Notes under the pieces: model-generated
Seen by the model: only the letters and a program-made list of their open reading frames with translations
What the model was told of the DNA's origin: nothing
The model's database searches: none
Position numbers and translations under genes: made by a program
Shown here: one piece after another, positions 48,092-58,123 of the stretch
Position numbering within the stretch: position 1 is the stretch's first letter
Layout: each line of letters begins with the position of its first letter
NCBI GenBank assembly: GCA_964012805.1
Contig: CAXGUD010000006.1
Location: 32,001 to 96,000 of the forward strand
Length of the DNA stretch: 64,000 nt
Reading direction: 5' to 3'
Origin: an uncultured Bacteriovoracaceae bacterium
GTDB taxonomy: Bacteria; Bdellovibrionota; Bacteriovoracia; Bacteriovoracales; Bacteriovoracaceae

Positions 48092-48790
48092 TTAATTCTT
48101 ACTATCAGTCACAGCAGCAGCGTAAATGGCCATACCAAAGGCAATCTTGTTAACAAAGTCCGCTAGGTTATATACCAAATTCATTGTTCCAGCATCGGCC
48201 CCACTTCCTAGGTAACCGATGGCATAACCTATGGGATAGATTGCCCAACCAATAGTTACGATAAGCCTTAATGTATTAAATGCTTTTTGGCTAGAAGCAT
48301 TTCCGCTAGCGGCATTAACCTTACTAGCCTCTCCAGCGAAGATTTCGTAAATAATGTAAAGCCACCCTGCCATTCCTATGACAAAAGCAAGAGTTACATT
48401 CATTGCTTGGGTTTCTCCTAAATAACCCGCTACAAGCATTACTGTTGAGGAGACCAGCAGTCTCCAGAAAAGGCCTGATGCTACGGTCGTTACTGCAGCT
48501 AAGATCACATAAAATTCTACAATTTGAAGGGGGACAGTTATAAACCAATCGACATATCTAATTTCTGTTGGGGATTGTCCGCCAGTAAGCATCCATGCTT
48601 CTCTCATATAAAAATAATGCCAAGCTGCTATACCTGTTATCAAGCCTGCAATGGTCAGAGAAGTTTTCCACTTTTCTGAGACTCTGTCTCTTTCTAGAAA
48701 GAAGAAAGCTGTCGCCGCTACCATGGCCATGGAAATGACCCAAAAGGAAATAGCTACATGATCTCCTGATTTAAGAAGTAATTCTTTCAT
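48092..48790 (-). CDS. proteorhodopsin (DTE proton pump, Q105 blue-tuned)
   Basis: Seven TMs; RYVDWFITVPLQIVEF (D97, T101, Q105, E108 in GPR numbering); WHY (His75); ADFVNK retinal Lys; AGGAG RBS. Confidence 0.96.
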   Translation of the reverse strand: MKELLLKSGDHVAISFWVISMAMVAATAFFFLERDRVSEKWKTSLTIAGLITGIAAWHYFYMREAWMLTGGQSPTEIRYVDWFITVPLQIVEFYVILAAVTTVASGLFWRLLVSSTVMLVAGYLGETQAMNVTLAFVIGMAGWLYIIYEIFAGEASKVNAASGNASSQKAFNTLRLIVTIGWAIYPIGYAIGYLGSGADAGTMNLVYNLADFVNKIAFGMAIYAAAVTDSKN

Positions 48791-49073
48791 AACTTCAAGT
48801 CTCCTTGGTAAAGATGTGTGTTTATGGATATTTTTTTACCTAGTATTTTAACAGAAAAAGGGTTTCAGATTTTTATATTAGAAAAAAACCTACAGAAAAA
48901 AATTGGAAAGTTAAGTATCATTAAAGGAAATACTTATTGTAAAATCTTGCTAATTATTTGTTTTTTTTAATTTTTTCATTGATAAAACTTAGTAAACCTT
49001 TATTGTATAGAAAATGATAAATGTTTACGAATAACAAAATTGGTAAAGGAAATTATCTCGGATTTGTTTAAAC

Positions 49074-49102
49074 TTAAAAATCCTTTTATCGGGGATTTTT
49101 AA
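49074..49102. terminator. possible terminator downstream of msrB
   Basis: Inverted repeat TTAAAAATCC / GGATTTTTAA. Confidence 0.45.
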
Positions 49103-49155
49103 TGAAATTGAAGCGAATAAACGTTTGAATGAAACTTTGTATGAGGAATACTTCC

Positions 49156-49785
49156 TTACTCTTTTTTAAAAAGGCTTAGATATTCCTTAAGGCCTTCTTT
49201 TTCAAGGTCTTCTACTGGAATAAAGCGAAGAGATGCTGAGTTGATGCAATAGCGCTGCCCTGTTGGTTGAGGGCCATCGTTAAATAGGTGTCCAAGGTGG
49301 CTGTCGGCATGCTTTGAACGGACTTCTGTCCTTTTCATAAAAAGGCTATTGTCTTCTTTCAGCTTTAGGTTTTCTTTTTCTAGAGGAGCACTAAATGAAG
49401 GCCAACCTGTTCCGCTATCGTATTTATCTAGAGAACTAAAGAGGGGTTCCCCAGAAACAACGTCAACGTAAACTCCTGCCTTTTTATTATCCCAATATTT
49501 ATTTGAGAAAGGTCTTTCAGTTCCGTCTTCTTGAGTGACTTTGTATTCTAAATCCGTCAGTTTTTCTTTGAGCTCTTTTTTAGACATTGTTTTAAACCTT
49601 TTCCAGTGGCCAGGGGTTTTTGGGCCTTGATTTTTACTTTTATTGACAGAAGCAAGTGACCTGCTGTTTTCAGAAGGGCCATCCATCTCTGTTTGGTCAA
49701 ATTGGGCGAGTACGACTGTAAGCGTTAGTAGTCCTAAGCTGAGTTTTATAGTATAGAGTGTTCTTTTTTTGACCGGGTCTTTCAT
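49156..49785 (-). CDS. msrB: peptide-methionine (R)-S-oxide reductase, exported or anchored, zinc-free type
   Basis: [32 protein letters not shown]; no CxxC pairs; N-terminal hydrophobic segment. Confidence 0.95.
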   Translation of the reverse strand: MKDPVKKRTLYTIKLSLGLLTLTVVLAQFDQTEMDGPSENSRSLASVNKSKNQGPKTPGHWKRFKTMSKKELKEKLTDLEYKVTQEDGTERPFSNKYWDNKKAGVYVDVVSGEPLFSSLDKYDSGTGWPSFSAPLEKENLKLKEDNSLFMKRTEVRSKHADSHLGHLFNDGPQPTGQRYCINSASLRFIPVEDLEKEGLKEYLSLFKKE

Positions 49786-49847
49786 ATCTTCTCTTATGGT
49801 GCAGGATCTTTTTTACTCTTTATTTTACCATAAGGCGATTTTTTTCC

Positions 49848-50369
49848 CTATAAAACTCCCGGCTTAATGGGATAGGTTTTATCATTAATTTCAAGGATAT
49901 AGACGCCATCTTTTTCAAAGATAAAGTTAGTGATTTCAATATAGCATTTTCTTGAAAACCTGCCCTTAACTTTTCCCTTCAGCGCCATAAAATAAAGAAT
50001 ATTATTTGTGTCAATGCTAAGTGTTTTGGGGTTGAGGATCTCTTTAATACCTCCCCTAAAAATCAGTGTAACTGAGAGAATTTTACCTTCCTTACTTTTT
50101 ATAATATCCAACGAAGTGGTAACGAGAGGTGTATCAAGGCATGTGACGAAATTCTTTTCTCCCTGGCAGTAGACGACATATTGAGGGAGAGTTTTACCTT
50201 CAATTAGGGGAAAAGCATCTGAGTCATTTTCATCTACAGGTTTTAAATGGCGCAAAAAAAAGCTTATAGTCTTCTCATCTAAAAGAGGCCTTCCTTCAAA
50301 AAGGAGCTCTCCCTCTTCATTTATTTCGTAGTGGTAAACTCTTTTTGAAGGAGGTTTTTTTCTTTTCAT
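49848..50369 (-). CDS. hypothetical protein (DUF1285-like)
   Basis: INEEGELLFEG...FFLRHL...EKNFVTCLDTP pattern. Confidence 0.55.
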   Translation of the reverse strand: MKRKKPPSKRVYHYEINEEGELLFEGRPLLDEKTISFFLRHLKPVDENDSDAFPLIEGKTLPQYVVYCQGEKNFVTCLDTPLVTTSLDIIKSKEGKILSVTLIFRGGIKEILNPKTLSIDTNNILYFMALKGKVKGRFSRKCYIEITNFIFEKDGVYILEINDKTYPIKPGVL

Positions 50370-50480
50370 TTAATTAGAATACCTTATCTTTAGGGGACTT
50401 GAAAGTTACGATTATGATTTGGATTTTGGGTCATCAAAATTTTGTTATACTTAATTTTTAATTGATTAAAAAAAGTAAAC

Positions 50481-51458
50481 TCAACTTTTTTTATAAGAGT
50501 TTATAAACTTCTCTATCCCTTCCATTGTGTTGACTTTTGGTTGATAGCCTAGGATTTTTTTTGCCTTTTTAATATTTAAAGTTTGGGATTTTGCAAAGAG
50601 ATTACAAGTGTACCTCGTTAGGACTGGCTCTTTGTTGTTAAGAAAAAATTTGTGTACAATTTCACTTAAAAAGCAATAAGCATAAACAAAGTGGTAAGAT
50701 ATGAGCTTAGGGTCTCTTTTAAGACCCAATTGATTGAAAACGTGATCAATAATATACCAAAGTTTTTGTGGATTACCATCTGAAATATTAAAAATCTGTC
50801 CATTGGCAATGTCTTTTGAGAAAAGTGCACACCTAATGGCCTCAACGGCGTTATCTATATAAGTAAGGTCAGTTAGGTTGTTACCTTTTCCAATAGTCCT
50901 CAATCGTCCTTTATTATTGGCCCTTATTAACCTTGGGAAAATGGCCTCATCTCCGGGGCCAATAATGGCCCTAGGCCTTAGAATAATGGCGTTGGGAAAG
51001 TTTTCTAAAACACTTTTTTCGGCTTTAATTTTTGATTCAATATAATCATTGAGTGGTCTAGTGGTAATGGGGTCACTTTCCTTGATATCCAATAAATCTT
51101 TTGAGCTATGGTAAACACTAGGGCTAGAAATCAAAATAAACTTTTTAATTTTGTATTTTTGGGCCAATTGGGCGAGGTTTGAAGACGCTTTATAATTAAC
51201 CTCTAAAAAATCTTTTCTTTTTCCCCAAGGAGAAGATAAACCACCGCAATGAACAATATGGTCAAAGCCATTCACAATACTTTCCATTTTTTTATAATCA
51301 GTTAAATCGGCTTTTAAAAAGTGGACGCCTTTATTTAAAAGTTCCCTTCCTTTTTTTTCATTCCTTCCTAGGCCACTTAAATGATTAAAGTCTTTTTTTA
51401 AAATTTCACAGGTTCTCTGTCCTAAAAAACCAGTCGCTCCAGTAACTAAAACTTTCAT
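50481..51458 (-). CDS. NAD(P)-dependent 3-beta-HSD / OleD-like reductase
   Basis: TGATGFLG, SSPWG, SSPSVY, YIESK, LRPRAIIGPGD, TYIDN. Confidence 0.85.
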   Translation of the reverse strand: MKVLVTGATGFLGQRTCEILKKDFNHLSGLGRNEKKGRELLNKGVHFLKADLTDYKKMESIVNGFDHIVHCGGLSSPWGKRKDFLEVNYKASSNLAQLAQKYKIKKFILISSPSVYHSSKDLLDIKESDPITTRPLNDYIESKIKAEKSVLENFPNAIILRPRAIIGPGDEAIFPRLIRANNKGRLRTIGKGNNLTDLTYIDNAVEAIRCALFSKDIANGQIFNISDGNPQKLWYIIDHVFNQLGLKRDPKLISYHFVYAYCFLSEIVHKFFLNNKEPVLTRYTCNLFAKSQTLNIKKAKKILGYQPKVNTMEGIEKFINSYKKS

Positions 51459-51476
51459 TATTTATTCCTTAAAAAG

Positions 51477-53249
51477 TTAATTCTTTTTAATAAGAAAATT
51501 ATCAATAACCAAGTAGTCTAAATCCGTAGTAAGAAACGTTGTTAAGGCATCTTCTATAGAGTGAATAATAGGCCGTCCCATAACGTTAAGACTCGTGTTT
51601 ACCAAAATAGGTACTTTTGTTATTTGATAAAAATCTGAAATCAATTGGTGGTAAAGGGGATTTAACTCTTTATGCACAGATTGAAGCCTTCCACTTCCAT
51701 CTTTATGGACAACAGCTGGTACCAGTGACCTAACACTTTCTTTAAAGAAAAGGGCCTTTTCCATATAGGGGGTTTTAACATAATTTTTAAAATAATCTTG
51801 CCCAAATTCATGAAGAATCGAGGGGGCTATAGGCCTATAAAACTCTCTTCCTTTAATTCGTGAGTTAATTTTTTCCTTCATTTCTTTCTTTCTAGGATCC
51901 GCCAGTATGGAACGGTTTCCAAGGGCCCTTGGCCCAAATTCCGCCCTTCCCTGAACCCATCCTAAAATTTTTCCATTGGCCAAAAGGGTGGCCACCTTTT
52001 TAGTGAGTAAGTTTTTATTATCAAATTCTTGAAAATTAACTCCTCTGTAGTCTAAAATTTTTTTAAGGTAATCTATGTCTGGTTCGGACCCTAAATAGGG
52101 CGAGGAACCAAGAACTGGCCACTTTAAAGACCTTTTCATTTTATTAATATGATACTTTTGGTATAAAAGGGCACCCAAAGAGTTTCCATCATCACCTGGG
52201 GCAGAAGGTATGTGAATTTGATCAAACCCAGCCTCTTCCAAGATTCTTCCATTTGTTAAAGAATTAAGTGCGCAACCGCCTCCATAGGCTAGGTTCTTTT
52301 CACCAGTTTTCACTTGTAATTGGTTGGCCAATTCGATCACAGTATCTGAGAAGGCCTTTTGAAAGTTATAAGCAAGATCAGCGGATTTCAAAACGTCCTT
52401 ATCCGCCGGTTTTCTAAATCCGCCTACTATTTTATTGAGTTTTGCTTTGTCTCTAGGGCCAAAATTTGTTCTAAGTTTAATTCCCTTAACTTTCATTTTT
52501 TCTTTAAAAAAATAATAAATTTCTTGATTGAATTTTCCATAAGCACTGAGCCCCATAACTTTCCACTCTTCTCCATGCAGGCAGGAAAAACCGCAGCATT
52601 CTGTGACGGCCGCATAAAGATAACCCAAACTTGCCCTGCTTTTATAAATGAGTTTGAAGTTATTATTTTTAAAATGATAAAAAGAACAGGATATTTCTTC
52701 TCCTGCTCCATCGAGTATCATGACGGCACATTGATTAAAGGTGGATGTATAAACGGCATTGGCAGCATGGGTAAGGTGATGGGTTGTTTTTTTGTGAGAA
52801 ACTTTATGAAGATAATCCCCCCATAAAAACTTTCTTAATTGAAAAAGAACGACCGGTAAACCTTTTAAATACCAAGTTTGAGAATATCTTGCTAGGGCCG
52901 TAAATGACTGGCAATCATCAAATAAAAAAGGTCTTTTTTTATTAAAAAAGGCAACTCTTCTATAAATTGAGTTAAAAATTTTGGCAAGGCCTCTTATATA
53001 GAAGGGAGGTTTCCAGGTAGTTCTTAAGGTAAGTTCAACTGGATTTTCAATAGGAATTCCTCTTTCTTTTAAAGTTTTTTTTAGCCCTTTTAATGAATGG
53101 AGGTCTCCTACAGAAAAAAGAGACCGCTTATTTTGGGAAAGCCTTTCAAGTCCTTCAGCATAGATTTTATCTTTGTAGCAAACCGCTAAAGATGGGTCAT
53201 GAAAAGTATTGCTATGACCTATAATTACCTTATTAATTTCATATTTCAT
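51477..53249 (-). CDS. O-carbamoyltransferase (NodU/CmcH/TobZ family)
   Basis: HD, HHLTHA, DGAGE, KVMGLSAYG, GGCALN, EFGPRALGNRS, VHKDGSGRLQ, NTSLN. Confidence 0.93.
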   Translation of the reverse strand: MKYEINKVIIGHSNTFHDPSLAVCYKDKIYAEGLERLSQNKRSLFSVGDLHSLKGLKKTLKERGIPIENPVELTLRTTWKPPFYIRGLAKIFNSIYRRVAFFNKKRPFLFDDCQSFTALARYSQTWYLKGLPVVLFQLRKFLWGDYLHKVSHKKTTHHLTHAANAVYTSTFNQCAVMILDGAGEEISCSFYHFKNNNFKLIYKSRASLGYLYAAVTECCGFSCLHGEEWKVMGLSAYGKFNQEIYYFFKEKMKVKGIKLRTNFGPRDKAKLNKIVGGFRKPADKDVLKSADLAYNFQKAFSDTVIELANQLQVKTGEKNLAYGGGCALNSLTNGRILEEAGFDQIHIPSAPGDDGNSLGALLYQKYHINKMKRSLKWPVLGSSPYLGSEPDIDYLKKILDYRGVNFQEFDNKNLLTKKVATLLANGKILGWVQGRAEFGPRALGNRSILADPRKKEMKEKINSRIKGREFYRPIAPSILHEFGQDYFKNYVKTPYMEKALFFKESVRSLVPAVVHKDGSGRLQSVHKELNPLYHQLISDFYQITKVPILVNTSLNVMGRPIIHSIEDALTTFLTTDLDYLVIDNFLIKKN

Positions 53250-53286
53250 AAAATGGAGTCCCTTTAAAATTTTAAGATTTATCGGT

Positions 53287-53306
53287 AAGATTAAATTTTT
53301 AATCTT
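53287..53306. promoter_or_regulatory. palindrome in the divergent promoter region (possible operator)
   Basis: AAGATTAAA-TT-TTTAATCTT, a perfect 9-2-9 inverted repeat. Confidence 0.4.
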
Positions 53307-53338
53307 TGAAAAGAAGAATTTAAAAAAGGAATGGAAAA

Positions 53339-53596
53339 ATGGTGATTATCGGAAAAATATTCCTGTCAATCTTATGGGCAGTTTCTTTTACTTTTGTTTT
53401 AACCAATCTTTCAATTAATTTTTCTCCTTTTTTAAATGAAAACCTTGCTTCTTTACTTGTCATTTTTTTTATTATTCACCTAATTCAGTACTTTATTTTC
53501 GTTAAAAAACTAAGAAGGGAGCCTTTTAGGGGATACCATTTCTTTCAAATCTTATTTTTTGGAATGGTTCACGTAAGAGGATATAAAAAAGAATAG
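53339..53596 (+). CDS. small membrane protein (DUF1145-like)
   Basis: 85 aa, hydrophobic; IHLIQ and QILFFG motifs. Confidence 0.6.
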   Translation: MVIIGKIFLSILWAVSFTFVLTNLSINFSPFLNENLASLLVIFFIIHLIQYFIFVKKLRREPFRGYHFFQILFFGMVHVRGYKKE

Positions 53597-53707
53597 ATAT
53601 CAAAACCTACTAGAATTTTTTGCCTCTAATCTTTTATTTTTATCAATTAAAAAAAGTTAAAACTATTTTTTGCCGACCCTTTTCTAAATAGCAATCAAAG
53701 GAAAGTT

Positions 53708-54754
53708 ATGAAAATCGAAGCTGTGGCTTTGTCACTTCCTGAGCGGCAAATCTCTAATGATGATATCCTAGATTATATAAGAGAAAAAAGTAAAAACTCT
53801 TATAAGGGAGATTTAGAAAAATCTCTTCGGGAGGTAAAGTTTTTTCTTGGTCTTTGTGGTGCCCAAAATAGAAGGTGGGCGGCTCCCGGAGAAAACACGT
53901 TTAAAAAGCATACCGAAAAAGCCATTTTAGAGGTTTTAGAAAAGAGCAATACTCATCCGGAAGAAATTGATCTTCTGATTTATTCAAGTGTTGATAGGAA
54001 AGTTGCAGAGCCAAACGAAAGCTATCTACTAGCAAAAGCTTTAGGTTTGAAGAAAACCGAATGTTTTGACATTTTAGAAGCCTGTAATAGTTGGTCCAGG
54101 GCCACTCAAATTTCTCAAAGTTTATTAAAATCACCAGATTATAGAAAAGTCTTAGTTGTGACTGCTGAATACATGATTCATGAAGGAATGTGGGGACAGA
54201 ATGCCTTTCACGTAAAGTCTCCAGAAGAATTTGAATGGAAGTTCCCATCATATACATTAGGGGAAGGATCAACAGCCACTCTTCTCTCAAATGAAGGTGA
54301 AGATTGGAATTATAAATTCTTGGGAATGCCTGAGCATGCTGATTTGTGTATATGCCCTCTCGAAAATTTTAATGAACAAGAAACAAATATGAATGGTGTA
54401 AGTGTTGCTATGAATGGGAAAGGGGTATTTACTTCTTTTGGTAGAAAAATGGAGGTCCCAGGTAAAAAGGCCCTCATTGATATTTTAGATTCTTCAGCTG
54501 TTCCCCTCAAAGATATTGATATAATTTTCCCTCATTCTCACGCTAAAAAGGTTTGGAGTGATATTTCAAAGGAAGAAGAGTTAAATCTTCCGTTGTATTT
54601 TATTTTTCCAGAAACAGGAAACCTTGTGACAGGTTCAATTCCTGGAGCCATGAGTATGGCAATTGAGGAAAATGCGTTGAAAAGAAAAGACCTTGTAGCA
54701 GGCTGGATGGCCGCTGCCGGTATGTCCTTCTCTATGTACACTTTTAATTATTAA
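53708..54754 (+). CDS. KAS III / OleA-like condensing enzyme
   Basis: SSVDRKVAEP, FDILEAC (Cys126), TLGEG, PHSH, GNLVTGS. Confidence 0.85.
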   Translation: MKIEAVALSLPERQISNDDILDYIREKSKNSYKGDLEKSLREVKFFLGLCGAQNRRWAAPGENTFKKHTEKAILEVLEKSNTHPEEIDLLIYSSVDRKVAEPNESYLLAKALGLKKTECFDILEACNSWSRATQISQSLLKSPDYRKVLVVTAEYMIHEGMWGQNAFHVKSPEEFEWKFPSYTLGEGSTATLLSNEGEDWNYKFLGMPEHADLCICPLENFNEQETNMNGVSVAMNGKGVFTSFGRKMEVPGKKALIDILDSSAVPLKDIDIIFPHSHAKKVWSDISKEEELNLPLYFIFPETGNLVTGSIPGAMSMAIEENALKRKDLVAGWMAAAGMSFSMYTFNY

Positions 54755-54770
54755 CGATTAAGGGCTTGAA

Positions 54771-56117
54771 TTGGAAAATATAAACCTTGTAAAAATAAGA
54801 CCCTTTTGGAAAACAAGATCATCTATAAATGATCCTTTGTCTTTTTTTGAGGAAATTGATAAAAAAGGCGAGTTTTGTCATTATAAAGGGTTCCTCTCTT
54901 TTACCTATGTGGGTAATCCAAAATTAGTTAAACAGGTGCTGGATAAAACGGGAACTAATTATAATAAAGAAAACCCTCTTTATGACAGATTTAGATTCAT
55001 ACTAGGTCAGGGGATGCTAACGAGTGAGGGGAAAAATTGGAGGGATCAGAAAAAGTCTTTTTCTCCTTTCTTTTCCAAAAATAATATTAGTAAATTTCTT
55101 CCTATAATTTTTAGAAATATGTCCCAAACATTAGATATTTGGAACAAATATGCAGAAAAAGAGGTTGCTCTTAACCTTTCTGAAGAGTTCTTTAACCTAA
55201 CACTTAAAATTATAGGTGAAATTATTTTAAGCGATGACTTAAAAGAACATCTTCTGGAAATAAGAAAGATAACAAAAGTTTTTAATGAGTATGTTGCCTC
55301 TCCTCCCATTCCTATTTTTTCTTCATCAAAAATCCCAACTCCCCTTAATTTGAAAGTTAAAAAAGCGAGGGACGGTTTTATAGATATTTTAAAAAAAATT
55401 ATTGAAAAAAGAATGTCAACTAAACAGAAAAGAGAAGACCTCTTACAAATAATACTTGATAAGAACCCAGATAAAATTACTCCTTTAATTCTTGATCAAA
55501 TACTAAGCCTTATTATTGCTGGTCATGAAACGACTTCAAATGCACTTGTTTGGACTTTTTTTCACCTCTCCAAAAACACCTCTGAAAAAGATAAAATTCA
55601 AAAACTTTTAGATAGAGAGATTAAAGGTCTTTTTCCTTCTTTTAAAGAATTAGAACTCTTAGATTACTTAAGGCAAATTATAAATGAGTCTCTTAGACTA
55701 TCACCGCCCGTATGGCTTATAACGAGAAAGTCGATAAAAGAAAATATTTTAGGTGGACACAAAATTAAGCCTGGTCAAATGATTGTTTTTTCGCCCTACT
55801 TTATTCACAGAAATGAAAAGTATTGGAAAAATGCTGCTGATTTTAGACCTGATCGTTTTGATAAAAATAAAAAAATAGAAAAAGATGCTTTCTTGCCTTT
55901 TGGCTTAGGCCCACACACTTGTATAGGCTCAAATCTTTCTATGATGCAAATGAGTCTTTTTTTAAGTGTCTTATTAAAGTCATTTGACTGGTCTTGTATA
56001 GGATCTTTCCCAAAACCCTTTCTATCCTTCACAATGGGTGTGAAAGATGGACCTATGGTTATTTTAAAAAAGAGAAAAAGAGTAAAAAGTGTTTTTCCTG
56101 AAAAAATAACAATTTAA
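54771..56117 (+). CDS. cytochrome P450
   Basis: AGHETT, ESLR, FRPDRF, FGLGPHTCIG heme Cys. Confidence 0.95.
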   Translation: MENINLVKIRPFWKTRSSINDPLSFFEEIDKKGEFCHYKGFLSFTYVGNPKLVKQVLDKTGTNYNKENPLYDRFRFILGQGMLTSEGKNWRDQKKSFSPFFSKNNISKFLPIIFRNMSQTLDIWNKYAEKEVALNLSEEFFNLTLKIIGEIILSDDLKEHLLEIRKITKVFNEYVASPPIPIFSSSKIPTPLNLKVKKARDGFIDILKKIIEKRMSTKQKREDLLQIILDKNPDKITPLILDQILSLIIAGHETTSNALVWTFFHLSKNTSEKDKIQKLLDREIKGLFPSFKELELLDYLRQIINESLRLSPPVWLITRKSIKENILGGHKIKPGQMIVFSPYFIHRNEKYWKNAADFRPDRFDKNKKIEKDAFLPFGLGPHTCIGSNLSMMQMSLFLSVLLKSFDWSCIGSFPKPFLSFTMGVKDGPMVILKKRKRVKSVFPEKITI

Positions 56118-56133
56118 CGGAGCTATAAGTTAA

Positions 56134-57270
56134 ATGAAAAAAGACTTGATTAAAAATACCTGGAATCTTTTTTTAATTTTAATGAACCCTAAAAGATTAT
56201 CTTTTAATGGAATGCCAACGGCGTATCCTAAAACAAGTAAATGGAACCTTTTTCAATGGTGGGCCTGCTTTTTAACAAGGCATTATTTTGGTAAAAATTT
56301 GTTAATTAAAACTCAGAAAAAAGTTGAAAACAAAATCCTTAAGGATTATAAAAAGCATGGTAAACCAAAAGGGTATATTACACCACCTCGTTTTAAAGCA
56401 AGCGAAATTGATTCAGAAAAATTCAAAGAGATTGCCATTAAGACAAATTCACCAGTTATTATTGAGGGTTTTGCAAAAGATTGGGATTGTACAAAAAAAT
56501 GGTCACCTCAGTTTTTAAAGGAAAACTATAAAGATGAAGTCGTCCCTGTTAGGCGTGAAAGTGACAGACTAGATTCTGAAGGCTATATTTATGTTAATAG
56601 GACTTTAAGTGAGCTAGTTGACAACATTGAAAGTGGAGGTGTTCTTCAGGGGACTCTCTTAGAAAATATTTTCAATAATAATCCTGAACTTAGAGAAGAT
56701 CTTAATATCCCTAAGATTGAAGAGTATTGTTGTCTTACAAAAAGACAAGAGCTTCAATCAACTCAATTATTTATTACTGGTAAAAATGGTAGAACTGGTC
56801 TCCATTGTGCTTCAGGAATCAACTTTTTTATTAATGTTTATGGCCATAAAAAGTGGACCTTTGTTCACCCTCACCATACGATAGGGTGTTATCCAGACGT
56901 TAGAGAAGATATGTTTTATTCAAATAGCGCACTTGATTATTGGAAGTCTGACGAAGAACTGGAAAAGGAGGGATATACCCTTTGGCCTTATATTCCAAAA
57001 TATAAATTTACGCTTTCCCCAGGCGACGTTGTCCTGTCACCACAGTGGTGGTGGCATGCTGTCGACAATGAAGACACAACCATAGCTGTTGCCAACAGAA
57101 CTTTTAATAAACTATTAATGGGTAATAAAATTTTTGCTTTTTTAAACTTTTTCTCACCGACCTCTTTAAGATGTTATTATCGTTTTTTAAAAACTGGGTG
57201 GGGATCTGATGATTCAATAATTGAAGTTTGTGAACATAATGGAAGAGAAGCAGTAGGAAAAGGAAAATAA
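56134..57270 (+). CDS. JmjC / cupin_8 Fe(II)-2OG oxygenase-family protein with an H-x-A...H motif
   Basis: PVIIEG..DW..KKWS, TGLHCASGINFF, GHKKW, PGDVV..PQWWWHAV. Confidence 0.85.
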   Translation: MKKDLIKNTWNLFLILMNPKRLSFNGMPTAYPKTSKWNLFQWWACFLTRHYFGKNLLIKTQKKVENKILKDYKKHGKPKGYITPPRFKASEIDSEKFKEIAIKTNSPVIIEGFAKDWDCTKKWSPQFLKENYKDEVVPVRRESDRLDSEGYIYVNRTLSELVDNIESGGVLQGTLLENIFNNNPELREDLNIPKIEEYCCLTKRQELQSTQLFITGKNGRTGLHCASGINFFINVYGHKKWTFVHPHHTIGCYPDVREDMFYSNSALDYWKSDEELEKEGYTLWPYIPKYKFTLSPGDVVLSPQWWWHAVDNEDTTIAVANRTFNKLLMGNKIFAFLNFFSPTSLRCYYRFLKTGWGSDDSIIEVCEHNGREAVGKGK

Positions 57271-57301
57271 ATAGGAATTACTAATCAACAAGGAAGTCTA
57301 C

Positions 57302-58114
57302 ATGGTATTAAAAAATTTAATGAAGGTGTCTCTATTAAGTTTTACATTAACCTCAAGTCTTTATGGGGCTATGAGTGACTTTAAAAATAAGTCAGGAAAA
57401 CAGATCGCTGAAATGTTAGAGAAAAAAAACCTAGTTTATAAAACAGAAACTTATGATTTAGAATTGAAATATTATCACGATGATAATAATCCTTTTAAAA
57501 TAGTAAAAGGAAAGGCCATTACACAAGAAACTGCCGGTGGAAAAGGTCAAGGAAAGGCCATGGTTACTTTAAATGACAAAACGAAAGTTTATGTTGAAAC
57601 TAGAAACGGTAAAGAAGATATTCACATGATTAAATTTCCGGGATCAAAAAGAAGTGTTTCTTTTTCTTGGAAAAATAGTAATTTTAGTAAATCTTCTAAA
57701 TTCTTAGGAAGTGAAGCGAGTGTTGAAGATCTTACTTGTCATATCCTATCAAATTATAAACACAAATTTAGAAAGTTTTCTCAGGGTGGAAAAGTGGCGA
57801 TCCTGGAATTTACTCCAAAAAGGAAAAGCTACTACACATCAAAAGTTTACTACATTGATACAGACAAGTTTGTTCCTATTGAAATTATTTACTATAAAGG
57901 AAGTACAAAGCTTAAATCAATGGCCGTAAAGGAATACAAAAAATATAAAGTTCCAGGAAGTAGTAAAACGGTATACCGCCCTCATAGATTAGAAATGAAA
58001 AATAATGAGTATCTAAGGAAAAACAAAAAAACACTAGAAACCCATATGGTTATTTCTAATAGAGTACTTAATGGAAAAGTGAACTCTTCAGACCTAAACC
58101 CTAATAAAATGTAA
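57302..58114 (+). CDS. LolA-like 'outer membrane lipoprotein-sorting protein'
   Basis: Signal peptide; FLGSEASVEDL, YTSKVYYID; lies next to an MMPL gene. Confidence 0.7.
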   Translation: MVLKNLMKVSLLSFTLTSSLYGAMSDFKNKSGKQIAEMLEKKNLVYKTETYDLELKYYHDDNNPFKIVKGKAITQETAGGKGQGKAMVTLNDKTKVYVETRNGKEDIHMIKFPGSKRSVSFSWKNSNFSKSSKFLGSEASVEDLTCHILSNYKHKFRKFSQGGKVAILEFTPKRKSYYTSKVYYIDTDKFVPIEIIYYKGSTKLKSMAVKEYKKYKVPGSSKTVYRPHRLEMKNNEYLRKNKKTLETHMVISNRVLNGKVNSSDLNPNKM

Positions 58115-58123
58115 AAAGATTAA

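Noticed and set aside
48092..48790. Carotenoid-antenna (fenestrated) or Na+/Cl- pumping rhodopsin
   Set aside because: The motif is DTE, not NDQ or NTQ, and helix E appears to have Phe (LAFVIG) at the fenestration position by eye alignment
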